A stretch of DNA of 26,276 nucleotides, from contig CBFGJZ010000023.1 in NCBI GenBank assembly GCA_965649215.1, positions 1-26,276 on the forward strand, in the 5' to 3' direction. The stretch's first letter is position 1. Every line of letters begins with the position of its first letter. The translations under genes were made by a program, and so were the position numbers. The notes beneath the pieces were generated by a model. The model did not search any database and was not told where the DNA came from. It saw only the letters and a program-made list of their open reading frames with translations. This stretch comes from a candidate division WOR-3 bacterium. Its GTDB lineage: Bacteria > Hydrothermota > Tepidihabitantia > Tepidihabitantales > CAIPLT01. Positions 9,133-18,683 of the stretch are shown here, in pieces.

Positions 9133-9247
9133 TCGGTAAGATTGCCACGCTCATTATATTCACCCGCAGACACCCTGTCTCTGTCTTTGCGAGGAGCAAA
9201 GCGACAAAGCAATCTTACCGACAGTAAAAATAAATCCTTTATTCATC
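9133..9247 (+). repeat. REP/RPE-like palindromic doublet element, copy 1
   Basis: Perfect 14-bp internal inverted repeat gtcggtaagattgc (9132-9145) / gcaatcttaccgac (9209-9222). About 104 of 117 aligned positions match the reverse complement of 11155-11271 (manual alignment). Confidence 0.92.
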
Positions 9248-9252
9248 AATGG

Positions 9253-9281
9253 TTGCTCTGAATTAATAAAATGAATATAAT
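9253..9281 (+). promoter_or_regulatory. Putative proximal sigma70 promoter for the symporter-phoU pair
   Basis: TTGCTC 9253-9258, 17 bp, TATAAT 9276-9281. Confidence 0.5.
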
Positions 9282-9300
9282 TACTAATACAATAAATTAA

Positions 9301-10389
9301 GTGCGCGAGAAGACAAAAAAAATTCTATATCTATTACTCTTCTTTATCTCGCTTTATCTGTTTTTAGCGAGTATCAATCTATTAGGCGATGGCTTAAAAT
9401 TACTGGGTAATAACTTTATTAAAAACTTAATTGCCTTAACCGCAAATCCTTTTTTAGGGCTGATTATTGGTATCTTTGCCACCGCCATAATTCAAAGTTC
9501 ATCAGCCACTACTTCTATTACAGTTAGTTTAGTGGCATCAAATATCATCAGTATTAGTAATGCAATTCCGATTATCATGGGCGCAAATATCGGCACCACT
9601 GTTACTAATACTTTAGTTTCGCTTATTCATGTCACTCGGAAAAGCGAATTCCAGCGGGCTTTTCCTGCTGCAATTGTCCATGATTTTTTTAATATCCTCA
9701 CCATCCTCATCGTTTTTCCGTTAGAACTAAAATATCAAATCTTACAACGAGTTTCTCACCTGTTAAGCACTATTTTCTGTTCATTTGGCGGAGCTCACAT
9801 TGCCAACCCTTTGAAATATATCATCACTCCCTTATCTAATCAAATATTAAAAATCACCTCGCAGTTAAATTGGTTAGTTGTAATCTTTGCTTTATTACTG
9901 CTTTTTTTCTCCTTGAAATTTTTAGTCGATTCAATGAAGGCATTGAGCAGTCGGCGGTTAGAACTGATTATTGACCATTATCTGTTTGGCAGTTCATTCG
10001 CCGCATTTCTGATTGGTTTAATCACAACTGCCTTGATTCAATCTTCGTCTGTAACAACCTCATTAATAATCCCGCTCATTGGCGCAGGCATTCTTTCACT
10101 GGATAAAGGATTTCCTTATATGGTGGGCGCTAATATAGGCACTACCATTACCGCCCTATTAGCCGCTTTAGCCACTGCCAGTCCCTTGGCAATTCAAATT
10201 GCATTTGCCCATTTTGGTTTTAATTTTATCGGTAGTTGTATCTTCTTGCCCTTAAAAATCATTCCCATTAAACTGGCACTGTTTTTTGGTAATCATGCCT
10301 CAAAAAATCGGTTCTTGGCAATTTCATATATTGTCATTCTTTTTTATCTGTTGCCGATTATAATTTTTATAACAACTAAATTAAAATAA
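9301..10389 (+). CDS. Na+/phosphate symporter (NptA/SLC34-like)
   Basis: Two QSSS signature repeats (IIQSSSATTS, LIQSSSVTTS), each followed by GANIGTT. GTG start. Confidence 0.92.
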   Translation: MREKTKKILYLLLFFISLYLFLASINLLGDGLKLLGNNFIKNLIALTANPFLGLIIGIFATAIIQSSSATTSITVSLVASNIISISNAIPIIMGANIGTTVTNTLVSLIHVTRKSEFQRAFPAAIVHDFFNILTILIVFPLELKYQILQRVSHLLSTIFCSFGGAHIANPLKYIITPLSNQILKITSQLNWLVVIFALLLLFFSLKFLVDSMKALSSRRLELIIDHYLFGSSFAAFLIGLITTALIQSSSVTTSLIIPLIGAGILSLDKGFPYMVGANIGTTITALLAALATASPLAIQIAFAHFGFNFIGSCIFLPLKIIPIKLALFFGNHASKNRFLAISYIVILFYLLPIIIFITTKLK

Positions 10390-10410
10390 GTTATATTAAA
10401 AGGAGTCAAA

Positions 10411-11061
10411 ATGTTTGGCGATTTTCTAAAATTTTGGAGAACCACTTCATTATTAAATGAAGCCACTGAACTGACCAATCAAATGCTTCTTAAAACTAAA
10501 GATATGTATGTCTTTGCCTTGCGGGTCTTAATGGATAATGAAAAAGAAGTATCTGATATCTATCAATTAGATCAGCAATTAAACCAAATGCAAATTTTAG
10601 TGAGACGCAAAGTCTTAGAACATCTCTCGATCAATCCCAAACAAGATACAACCGGCGCTTTGATTTTAGTGACCATTGTGGTTGATATTGAACGGATTGG
10701 TGATTATGCCAAAAATCTTATTGAATTAGCCCATATGTATCCTGAACGGTTATGTGGTAGTTATTGTGAACGCGTCCGTAACTTTGAAAACATCATCACT
10801 AACATCTTTGATAAAACCATCAAAGCCTTTAAAGAAGCTGATGCTGAATTGGCGGAACGTGTCATGCAAGAACACGCTCAATTAGCTCCCGAAATTGAAA
10901 AATTGATTGAAGATATTATTAATGACAATCAATTAAGCGGTCGCGATGCGGTCATCTATGCCCTGTTAGCCCGATTCCTAAAGCGAGTCTCTGCCCATTT
11001 AAAAAATGTTGCCTCGTCAGTTACAAATCCATTCCATCGGCTTGGCTATAAACCGGAATGA
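10411..11061 (+). CDS. phoU: PhoU-domain phosphate uptake regulator
   Basis: DIERIGDYAKN motif and second repeat RFLKRVSAHLKN. AAGGAG RBS. Adjacent to the Na/Pi symporter. Confidence 0.85.
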   Translation: MFGDFLKFWRTTSLLNEATELTNQMLLKTKDMYVFALRVLMDNEKEVSDIYQLDQQLNQMQILVRRKVLEHLSINPKQDTTGALILVTIVVDIERIGDYAKNLIELAHMYPERLCGSYCERVRNFENIITNIFDKTIKAFKEADAELAERVMQEHAQLAPEIEKLIEDIINDNQLSGRDAVIYALLARFLKRVSAHLKNVASSVTNPFHRLGYKPE

Positions 11062-11116
11062 ACAGATGCCAAATCGCAAACCAATAAAAAGATTGTAAGT
11101 AAAAACAATAATCCCG

Positions 11117-11971
11117 ATGAGAACGAATAACACAAAGACAAAAAAGAACACAAAGATGATTAAAGGATTTATTTTTACTGTCTGTAAGATTGCTTCGTCG
11201 CTTTGCTCCTCGCAAAGACAGAAACAGGGTGTCATTGCGAACGAACGAAGTGAGCGTGGCAATCTTACCGAGAGAGAAAGAATTGATAGACCTGCTTTAA
11301 TCCGTCTTTGCTTTTCCGCTCTGTTTGTCTTATTATTTATAATCCTAATTTTAATCTTATTTCGCCGTTATCCCCAACTCCCGCTTATTCTTACCAATCC
11401 CCAAGAAATCCGTGCTTTTGTCTCTCAATTTGGTCTACGTGCACCGTTAGTTTTTATCGCCTTACAAGTCGTACAAATCATTGTCGCGCCGTTACCTGGT
11501 TATATTGTAGAATTAGTTGCCGGTTATATTTTTGGAGCATGGCACGGCACGATTTATTGTATGTTGGGCATTCTTATTGGATCGTCGCTTGCTTTTAGCA
11601 TCGGTCGTCTTTTTGGTCGGAACCTTTTACAGACTTTTATCAATAAAGAAAAAATGCAACGGTTTGACGATTATGTAGTTCATAAAGGGCCTTTTATTAT
11701 CTTTTTACTGCTCTTATTTTCCTTATTAGGAGATTTTACTTATTATCTGGCTGGGCTAACTCCAATTCCCTATTTGATTTTTATCTTTATGGTACTTATT
11801 GCCCGCTTGCCCACTAATATTGCTTATAATTTGGTTGGCTCAAAAGCATTTTCGCTTTCGCTTGCTCAATGGCTAATTCTAATTGGGATTCTTTTACTTT
11901 TGGCTGGTCTGTTTTATCGCTTTCGCCATCAAATTGAAAAAATCATCATTCGTTTAACTAAAAAATCATAG
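11117..11971 (+). CDS. TVP38/TMEM64 (VTT, DedA superfamily) membrane protein with a repeat-derived N-terminus
   Basis: LQVVQIIVAPLPG...GYIFG..G...GSSLAF.IGRLFGR and YLAGLT...F...ARLP. Start is 11117 or 11156. Confidence 0.85.
   Translation: MRTNNTKTKKNTKMIKGFIFTVCKIASSLCSSQRQKQGVIANERSERGNLTERERIDRPALIRLCFSALFVLLFIILILILFRRYPQLPLILTNPQEIRAFVSQFGLRAPLVFIALQVVQIIVAPLPGYIVELVAGYIFGAWHGTIYCMLGILIGSSLAFSIGRLFGRNLLQTFINKEKMQRFDDYVVHKGPFIIFLLLLFSLLGDFTYYLAGLTPIPYLIFIFMVLIARLPTNIAYNLVGSKAFSLSLAQWLILIGILLLLAGLFYRFRHQIEKIIIRLTKKS
11155..11271 (-). repeat. REP/RPE-like palindromic doublet element, copy 2 (inverted relative to copy 1)
   Basis: gtaagattgcttcgtcgctttgctcctcgcaaagac...gtcattgcgaacgaacgaagtgagcgtggcaatcttac. 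Its reverse complement aligns with 9133-9247. Confidence 0.92.
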
Positions 11972-12018
11972 AATCCGCTTTCCGGTTTTACAAACAAACT
12001 CAAACTTTACGAGCTTTT

Positions 12019-12744
12019 TTATTTACGGTTATGGGAATTCAAGACATCGGCCATCGTATATAATCCTGGTTTTTGATTTACGATAAAGTGAATTGCCTTA
12101 ATCACACCATTGGCAAAAGCATTGCGGTTAATAGCCTGATGCATAATTTCCACCCGTTCACCACTGCTAACAAAAATTAATCGATGTTCACCGACAATCT
12201 CGCCTGCTCTAATGGAATGAATTTTTAAGGGCTCTTTAGTTCCCTTGGCTTCTTGAATTATTTCTGCGATGCGCTTAGCAGTTCCGCTGGGCATATCTTT
12301 TTTATGCCGATGATGTTCTTCGATAATCTCAATATCAAAATCACTTAATAATTTAAGTAAGTTTGGTAACAATTCATAAATTGCATTGATGCCAATTGAA
12401 AAATTAGCCGCCATTAAAAGCGGTATTTGAAATTGAAATTTATAAATTTCATTTAAGTTATTATGAGCGGTTGTCCCACAGATGAATGGTTTATTTTTTA
12501 AAGCTGCAATCGCAATATTCTTTAAGGTAACCTCTGGACTTGCAAATTCCACAACCACATCGCATCGGTCAATAACATCATTCAAATCTGAATAGACCCG
12601 TCCCTCTCCTATCATACTTCCAAGCATTGGATGAGTAGCACATTCAACCCCACCAACTATTCGCATATCCACTTCTTTTGACAATGCCGCCACCAAGGTC
12701 TGTCCCATTTTTCCGCCGATGCCAACAATCACAACTCGTATCAT
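12019..12744 (-). CDS. dapB: 4-hydroxy-tetrahydrodipicolinate reductase
   Basis: GIGGKMG, GTT, ANFSIG, EEHHRHKKDMPSGTA, RAGEIVGEH. Confidence 0.95.
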   Translation of the reverse strand: MIRVVIVGIGGKMGQTLVAALSKEVDMRIVGGVECATHPMLGSMIGEGRVYSDLNDVIDRCDVVVEFASPEVTLKNIAIAALKNKPFICGTTAHNNLNEIYKFQFQIPLLMAANFSIGINAIYELLPNLLKLLSDFDIEIIEEHHRHKKDMPSGTAKRIAEIIQEAKGTKEPLKIHSIRAGEIVGEHRLIFVSSGERVEIMHQAINRNAFANGVIKAIHFIVNQKPGLYTMADVLNSHNRK

Positions 12745-12778
12745 AAATTAATCAGAAATCAATTTTACTAAAAACAAT

Positions 12779-13663
12779 TTATATGATCTTATATCGTTTT
12801 AAAGTTTGTTGGATAATCTTTTGACTTTCTTCTGATACACCAACCAATGGTAGTCGTAAAATATTTAAACCCATCCCTAATAATGACATCGCATACTTAA
12901 TCGGCGCAGGATTAGTTTCAATAAACATCACTTTACTTAAAGCAAACAACTGCTGATTTATCAGTTGCGCCTTCTCAATTTTACCCACCCAAAAGTAACG
13001 AATCATTTTCGCGACCATTCGCGGAACCAGATTAGCAATCACAGAAATCACACCCCTACCTCCAATGGAGAGAATTGGTAAAGTCAAACTATCGTCGCCA
13101 CTCAAAACAATAAACTCATTTCCGCAGGCATTAATTATCTCTTGACACTGATCCAATGACCCGCTCGCCTCTTTAACACCAATGATCTGTTTCGGATACT
13201 TTTTATATAACCTTTCGATCGTCTTAGGTAACATATTTACCGCACAACGAGCAGGAATATTATAAATAATAATCGGTATTGAAACCGTATTAGCAATCTT
13301 TTCAAAATGACGAAATAAACCCTCTTGAGTTGGTTTATTATAATATGGGGTAACAACCAATAAAGCATCTGCTTTTAACGCTTCGGCTCGTATAGCAAAT
13401 TTAATCGTCTTATCGGTCGCATTCGTGCCACAGCCCACAATTACCGCTTTCTTGTGAGCAACCGTTTGAACGGTTGTTGCGACAACGTCTTCCCATTCTT
13501 TTTCACTTAAGGTTGGTGCTTCCCCGGTCGTTCCACAAACGACAAAACCATCTGTCTGATTGGTTAATTGAAACTTAATATTTTTAACCAACTGCTCTTT
13601 ATCAATTTGTCCATTCTTATCAAAAGGGGTTACTAAAGCAACTATTGAGCCTTGTAATTTCAT
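12779..13663 (-). CDS. dapA: 4-hydroxy-tetrahydrodipicolinate synthase
   Basis: ALVTPF, GTTGE, PYYNKP, YNIP, GVKEASG, SGDD, ETNPAPIK. ATGA overlap with ftsH. Confidence 0.96.
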   Translation of the reverse strand: MKLQGSIVALVTPFDKNGQIDKEQLVKNIKFQLTNQTDGFVVCGTTGEAPTLSEKEWEDVVATTVQTVAHKKAVIVGCGTNATDKTIKFAIRAEALKADALLVVTPYYNKPTQEGLFRHFEKIANTVSIPIIIYNIPARCAVNMLPKTIERLYKKYPKQIIGVKEASGSLDQCQEIINACGNEFIVLSGDDSLTLPILSIGGRGVISVIANLVPRMVAKMIRYFWVGKIEKAQLINQQLFALSKVMFIETNPAPIKYAMSLLGMGLNILRLPLVGVSEESQKIIQQTLKRYKII

Positions 13664-15528
13664 AAATTTTGACCTTGTTCAGAAGTTTGGGTAACTGATG
13701 TTTTTAATCCCAATAAAATATCAATTTCATTACCATCAAGTATCTCTTTTTCCAAAAGTTTCTGGGCTAAAACTTTTAATTTATCAAAGTTTTCTCTGAG
13801 GATTTTTAATGCGGTTTGGTGGGCATCTTCAACAAATCGACTGATTTCGCTATCAATCAACTGGGCGGTTTTTTCTGAATAATTACGATGTAGTCCCATT
13901 TCTCGACCTAAAAATATCTCTTCATCTGCCTTACCCAAAGTCAAAGGACCTAATTTCTCACTCATTCCCCATTCACAAACCATTTTTCGCGCTAACATCG
14001 TTGCCCGATTAATATCATCTCTTGAGCCGGTTGAGATATCATTAAATTGTAACTCTTCAGCAGCGCGACCACCTAACATAACTACCAATTGATTTAAGCA
14101 ATATGATTTAGAATATATCTTACGATCATCTAATGGTAGTTGTTGAGTTACACCTAATGCTTGACCTCGCGGAATAATCGTAACCTTGTGAATCGGATCT
14201 GACCCCGGCATTAACTTTGACACGAGTGTATGACCTGCTTCATGAAAAGCAATCCAGGACTTTTCCTGTTCGGAGATAAATAAACTCCTCCGCTCAACAC
14301 CCATTAAAACCTTATCCTTTGCGTCTTCAAAATCTTTCATTTCTACCACTGACTTATTACGCCGAGCGGCAAGCAACGCTGCCTCATTAACCATATTTGC
14401 TAAATCAGCACCGGAAAAACCCGGTGTCCCCCGCGCTAACACTTTAAAATCAACATCCTTACCCAACGGAATTTTACGAGTATGAACTTTTAAAATCCCT
14501 TCCCGCCCAATAACATCAGGCCTGTCAACTACAATCTGACGGTCAAAGCGACCAGGTCTGAGTAATGCCTGATCTAAAATATCAGGGCGATTTGTTGCGG
14601 CCATGATAATAACCCCTTCTTGGGTATCAAAACCATCCATTTCAACCAATAATTGGTTCAAGGTTTGCTCACGTTCATCATGACCACCACCCAAACCTGC
14701 TCCCCGTTGGCGACCAACTGCATCAATCTCGTCAATAAAGATGATACAGGGGGCATGTCTTTTACCTTGTTCAAATAAATCTCTAACCCGAGCTGCTCCG
14801 ACTCCAACAAACATCTCAACAAAATCTGAGCCAGAAATAGAAAGAAACGGCACGCCAGCTTCGCCAGCAACTGCACGAGCTAATAAAGTTTTGCCGGTTC
14901 CTGTGGGACCGACTAAAAGTACTCCTTTCGGTATTTTGCCACCTAATCGTTGAAATCGGCTTGGTGCTTTTAAAAACTCAATCACTTCCTTTAATTCTTC
15001 TTTTGCTTCTTCAATTCCTGCGACATCGTCAAATGTAATTTTCGGGCGATCAGTGGTTAATAACCGCGCACGGCTCTTGCCAAATGTAAATGCCCGATCT
15101 GAACCTGCTGACATTCGTCGAATAAAGAAAACCCAAATCCCGATAAATACCAGCCACGGAATAATTGATAATAAAAGCGAAGTCCATGGCGACGAAGGTT
15201 TGGCAACAACTACGACATTGCGGGCTAATAAAGTTTTAATTAAATCGGCATCTTCAAATGGAATATAGGTCTTAAAATGCTTATATGACTTTTTTTCACC
15301 CGGCAGGGTTGACTCTTTTCTTAAACTCCCTGAGATTTCTTTTTCTGATATCGTAACCGATTTAATATTGTCATCTTCCAATTCTTTAATAAATTGGGAA
15401 TATTCAATATTCGCTTTACCCGCACTCCGACGCATAACAAAATTCCAGGCAGTCCAGACAACTAAAAATATTACTATCCAAATTATAAAATTACTAATGA
15501 TAGGTTTTTTAATTGGTTGTTTTGCCAT
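13660..15528 (-). CDS. ftsH: ATP-dependent zinc metalloprotease FtsH
   Basis: Two N-terminal TMs, Walker [31 protein letters not shown]. Confidence 0.98.
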   Translation of the reverse strand: MAKQPIKKPIISNFIIWIVIFLVVWTAWNFVMRRSAGKANIEYSQFIKELEDDNIKSVTISEKEISGSLRKESTLPGEKKSYKHFKTYIPFEDADLIKTLLARNVVVVAKPSSPWTSLLLSIIPWLVFIGIWVFFIRRMSAGSDRAFTFGKSRARLLTTDRPKITFDDVAGIEEAKEELKEVIEFLKAPSRFQRLGGKIPKGVLLVGPTGTGKTLLARAVAGEAGVPFLSISGSDFVEMFVGVGAARVRDLFEQGKRHAPCIIFIDEIDAVGRQRGAGLGGGHDEREQTLNQLLVEMDGFDTQEGVIIMAATNRPDILDQALLRPGRFDRQIVVDRPDVIGREGILKVHTRKIPLGKDVDFKVLARGTPGFSGADLANMVNEAALLAARRNKSVVEMKDFEDAKDKVLMGVERRSLFISEQEKSWIAFHEAGHTLVSKLMPGSDPIHKVTIIPRGQALGVTQQLPLDDRKIYSKSYCLNQLVVMLGGRAAEELQFNDISTGSRDDINRATMLARKMVCEWGMSEKLGPLTLGKADEEIFLGREMGLHRNYSEKTAQLIDSEISRFVEDAHQTALKILRENFDKLKVLAQKLLEKEILDGNEIDILLGLKTSVTQTSEQGQNL

Positions 15529-15541
15529 CTTTAATTACTCA

Positions 15542-16936
15542 CTAACTTTGTTTAGTTGCTTTAACTTCTATGACGACAACTTCTTTCGTCTTTTTATTAA
15601 CCAAAGCATGATTCGAACGCCGTAGCCCAATCAACCATAAAATATGGTTTTTATCGCATAAAATTGGCAAGCGATTTCTTATCTCACGCGATATTTTATT
15701 ATTAATCAAAAAATCTTTCAGTTTCATCTCTACTCCCTGATACGGAGTAAAACGATCACCTTCTTTTCGCAATCTGATCAGCAATGGCAAATTAACTGCT
15801 TGTTTATCAAAAACCGCATAACTCTGATCATTCAGTTTTTGCTTATCAATCGCAGTAATTTTAGCAATCTTTGTGATAACTGATAAATTAAGTTCTTTAA
15901 TATAATTTACGCTCTTTATATCTATGGGCCAAATTTGATGCTCATTCACACGCTGACTCTCTCTTTTACTGATAATCAGTTTATCATAATCCCGATAAGC
16001 AACCCAATTATCGGAGAGATAGATTCCTTTTCCACTTGGTTTATCAAGAAGACTTAAAACATTATCAATCATTTTAAAATCATAACGGGGAAGCATTGCT
16101 TTTATTATCTCCCGCCTTACTAACATATTATAGATTAAAAGATTTTTAATGTCAAGTTCAATCCGTTTTGAGTTGGATTTACGAACTACATTTTTTATCG
16201 CGTTTTCGGTAATCTCTTTAATGCCCTGCTCCATATCTCGTAAAATAATTGAAGTTTTAATTAAGGTGGTATGTAAAGAGGGATTTATTTTCTCAAGTTT
16301 AGGAATTACATCGTGACGAATAAAATTACGTCTGAAACCTAATTCAAAATTTGAAAGGTCGTGACAATATTTAAGATGATTTGCTTTTAGATAATCGATG
16401 ATTTCTTGACGCGTAATCTCAATTAATGGTCGAATAATAATTTCCCGTGTCGGTGGGATTCCTGTTAAACCCGTCAACCCACTTCCCCTTACCAAATTGA
16501 GCAAAATAGTTTCTGTGTTATCATTAGCATGATGACCAAGGGCAATCTTATCACACTTTCTTTGCTCTGCGATTTCAAACAATTTCTCATATCGTAAAGT
16601 TCGAGCTGCTTCTTCAATTGATAATTTATTTTGTAAAGCATACTCCTTGACTGACACTCTTTTGATGACAATCGGAATCTTTAGTTTTTTACAAAATTCA
16701 ATACAAAAACATTCGTCTTGTAAAGCACTCTTGCCCCGAATTTGGTGATTAATATGGAGTGCAATCAATTTCACTTTTAGGATATCTCTTAATTGATGCA
16801 AAACAAAAAAAAGCGCAGTTGAATCAGGGCCACCCGAAAAACCAATTAGTACTCGCTCATTTTCTTTAAGCATCTGGTATTTCTGAATCGTCAGAAATAT
16901 CTTTTTAAGAAAATTATCTGTGGTTAGCTTCTTCAA
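15542..16936 (-). CDS. tilS: tRNA(Ile)-lysidine synthetase
   Basis: SGGPDS PP-loop, HINHQIR, EEAARTLRY, GHHANDNTET, RPLI, RNFIRH. TTG start. Confidence 0.96.
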   Translation of the reverse strand: MKKLTTDNFLKKIFLTIQKYQMLKENERVLIGFSGGPDSTALFFVLHQLRDILKVKLIALHINHQIRGKSALQDECFCIEFCKKLKIPIVIKRVSVKEYALQNKLSIEEAARTLRYEKLFEIAEQRKCDKIALGHHANDNTETILLNLVRGSGLTGLTGIPPTREIIIRPLIEITRQEIIDYLKANHLKYCHDLSNFELGFRRNFIRHDVIPKLEKINPSLHTTLIKTSIILRDMEQGIKEITENAIKNVVRKSNSKRIELDIKNLLIYNMLVRREIIKAMLPRYDFKMIDNVLSLLDKPSGKGIYLSDNWVAYRDYDKLIISKRESQRVNEHQIWPIDIKSVNYIKELNLSVITKIAKITAIDKQKLNDQSYAVFDKQAVNLPLLIRLRKEGDRFTPYQGVEMKLKDFLINNKISREIRNRLPILCDKNHILWLIGLRRSNHALVNKKTKEVVVIEVKATKQS

Positions 16937-17006
16937 GGGTTTATTATATTTACTTAATCTCGGTGATATTTGTTATCTTGCAATTAAGAGATTAAATAGT
17001 TTTTAT

Positions 17007-18332
17007 TTAATTACAATGTTTTTTTAGTACCGATTCAAAGATTTCCAAAGCAACCGTAATCTCATCTTCATTAACAATTAAGGGCGGTGAAAAACGAATT
17101 GCCGTCTGGCCACATCCTTGCAAGAGCAGTCCTTTTTCAAAACATTCATAGACAATCGCATTTCTTTTTTCGGGAATCGGTTTTTTACTAATGCTGTCTT
17201 CAACTAATTCAATGCCAATCATCAAACCTTTTCCCCTAATATCACCGATTATTGGATATTTTGCCTGTAAACTTTCTAATTGTTTTAGTATGATTTTGCC
17301 CATCCTTTCAGCGTTTTCAATTAATCCGTTCTCTAATAATCTAATCGTTGCTATAGCTGCAGCACACGATACCGGGTTACCACCAAATGTTGAGGCATGA
17401 CTGCCGGTGGGCCAACTCATTAAACTCCGATTGGCAATAAACGCTCCGATTGGCATTCCTGAGGCAAGTCCTTTGGCAATACAATAGATATCGGCCATTG
17501 TCTCGTAATGTTCAATCGCAAACATTTTGCCCGTTCTGCCCATTCCTGATTGCACCTCATCAACAATTAAAAGAATTCCGTATTTATCGCATAATTCCCG
17601 TAATTTGGTAAAATAACCATCCGGTGGTATTACATAACCACCTTCACCCTGAATGGGCTCAATAAAAATACCACATACTTCTTCGCTCGGAACTGTCTTT
17701 TTGAATAACTCTTCCTCAATATAACTGACACAAGCAAAATTACAACTTGGATATTCTAAATTATAAGCACAACGATAACAATATGCATAGGGAACATGAT
17801 ACACTCCTGCAATTAAGGGACCAAAACCTTGTTTTTGAGCGGTTTTACTGCCGGTCAAAGATAAAGCGCCCATAGTTCGACCATGAAAAGCGCCTAAAAA
17901 AGCAATTGCATAAGGTCTTTTTGTCATATAGCGGGCAAGCTTAAAAGCACCTTCTATTGATTCAGCACCCGAATTACAGAAAAACACCCGTTTATTCATC
18001 CCGCCCGGCGTAATCTCAACAAGTTTTTCTGCCAATTCAGTTTGTAATGGGTAATAGTAATCAGTACCTGACATATGAATCAATGTCTGAACTTGTTTTT
18101 GGACTGCATTGACAATATCTGGATGGCAATGACCTGTTGCACATACAGCAACACCGGCATTAAAATCTAAAAACTTATTACCATCTACATCCCAAACCCA
18201 ACAACCTTGACCACTGCATATAACCGCAGGATAGGAACGGGTATAAGATGGCGAAATATATTTTAAATCTTTGCGTAAAACTTTCTGTGCCTTTGGACCT
18301 GGTAATTTTGTAACAATTTTAGGTTTTTCCAT
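17007..18332 (-). CDS. Class III PLP-dependent aminotransferase (ornithine/acetylornithine/GABA family)
   Basis: DVDGNKFLDF, NSGAES, FHGRT, EPIQGEGG, DEVQSGMGRTG, AKGLASG, STFGGNP. Confidence 0.92.
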   Translation of the reverse strand: MEKPKIVTKLPGPKAQKVLRKDLKYISPSYTRSYPAVICSGQGCWVWDVDGNKFLDFNAGVAVCATGHCHPDIVNAVQKQVQTLIHMSGTDYYYPLQTELAEKLVEITPGGMNKRVFFCNSGAESIEGAFKLARYMTKRPYAIAFLGAFHGRTMGALSLTGSKTAQKQGFGPLIAGVYHVPYAYCYRCAYNLEYPSCNFACVSYIEEELFKKTVPSEEVCGIFIEPIQGEGGYVIPPDGYFTKLRELCDKYGILLIVDEVQSGMGRTGKMFAIEHYETMADIYCIAKGLASGMPIGAFIANRSLMSWPTGSHASTFGGNPVSCAAAIATIRLLENGLIENAERMGKIILKQLESLQAKYPIIGDIRGKGLMIGIELVEDSISKKPIPEKRNAIVYECFEKGLLLQGCGQTAIRFSPPLIVNEDEITVALEIFESVLKKHCN

Positions 18333-18371
18333 GACTTCTCCATTTTAAATAAAATATATTATTAAAAATAA

Positions 18372-18400
18372 ATTATACTACAGCTAACTCTCTTAGTCAA
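18372..18400 (-). promoter_or_regulatory. Putative sigma70 promoter for the aminotransferase(-tilS-ftsH-dapAB) unit
   Basis: TTGACT (18400-18395), 17 bp, TATAAT (18377-18372). Confidence 0.65.
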
Positions 18401-18630
18401 GTTTAAGGGATAACCTATTCGGTTACTTATTGAAATTATTCTGGTTATAGTATAGTTAAATATCCCGTTTAATTTCAAAACATCTTTAATGATCTTTTAT
18501 AAGAGATTTATCTATTATTCAACTAGCACTGTTTTAATTGTATCAAAGTCACACTTAATATGTGTTCTCCTACTGTTTAGGCCATCGTGTCAGCCCATAA
18601 GACTGATCACATAAAAAATTATTAAAACTA

Positions 18631-18659
18631 TTGCCAAATTTATCTTTTTATGCTAAATT
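18631..18659 (+). promoter_or_regulatory. Putative sigma70 promoter for the PlsY-fusion gene
   Basis: TTGCCA 18631-18636, 17 bp, TGn-TAAATT 18654-18659. Confidence 0.45.
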
Positions 18660-18683
18660 CTATTATTTAAAGCGGGGATAAAT

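Noticed and set aside
11059-11130. 22 open codons after the phoU TGA (TDAKSQTNKKIVSKNNNPDENE*), suggesting read-through or TGA recoding
   Set aside because: PhoU is already full length, TGA is a normal stop elsewhere in the window, no SECIS-like hairpin is evident, and a run this long can occur by chance.
11129-11156. aacacaaaga repeated at an 18-bp period
   Set aside because: Short, low-complexity A-rich match that is not significant on its own.
11017-11262. Minus-strand ORFs 11017-11262 and 11021-11215
   Set aside because: They are translations of the palindromic repeat (CEEQSDEAI / MRGAKRRSNL) antisense to phoU and the VTT gene, with no independent coding evidence.
9133-11271. Repeats as a CRISPR array or an autonomous IS/transposon
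   Set aside because: Only two inverted copies, with no spacers, cas genes, transposase or target-site duplication.
17007-18332. Class III enzyme as an amino-acid racemase/epimerase
   Set aside because: It has EPIQGEGG (aminotransferase type) rather than the Asp-containing variant I associate with the racemase members.
18401-18630. Long intergenic region as an ncRNA or riboswitch
   Set aside because: Only a 5-bp hairpin (taacc/ggtta), no recognisable riboswitch or tRNA motif, and it lies between divergent promoters.
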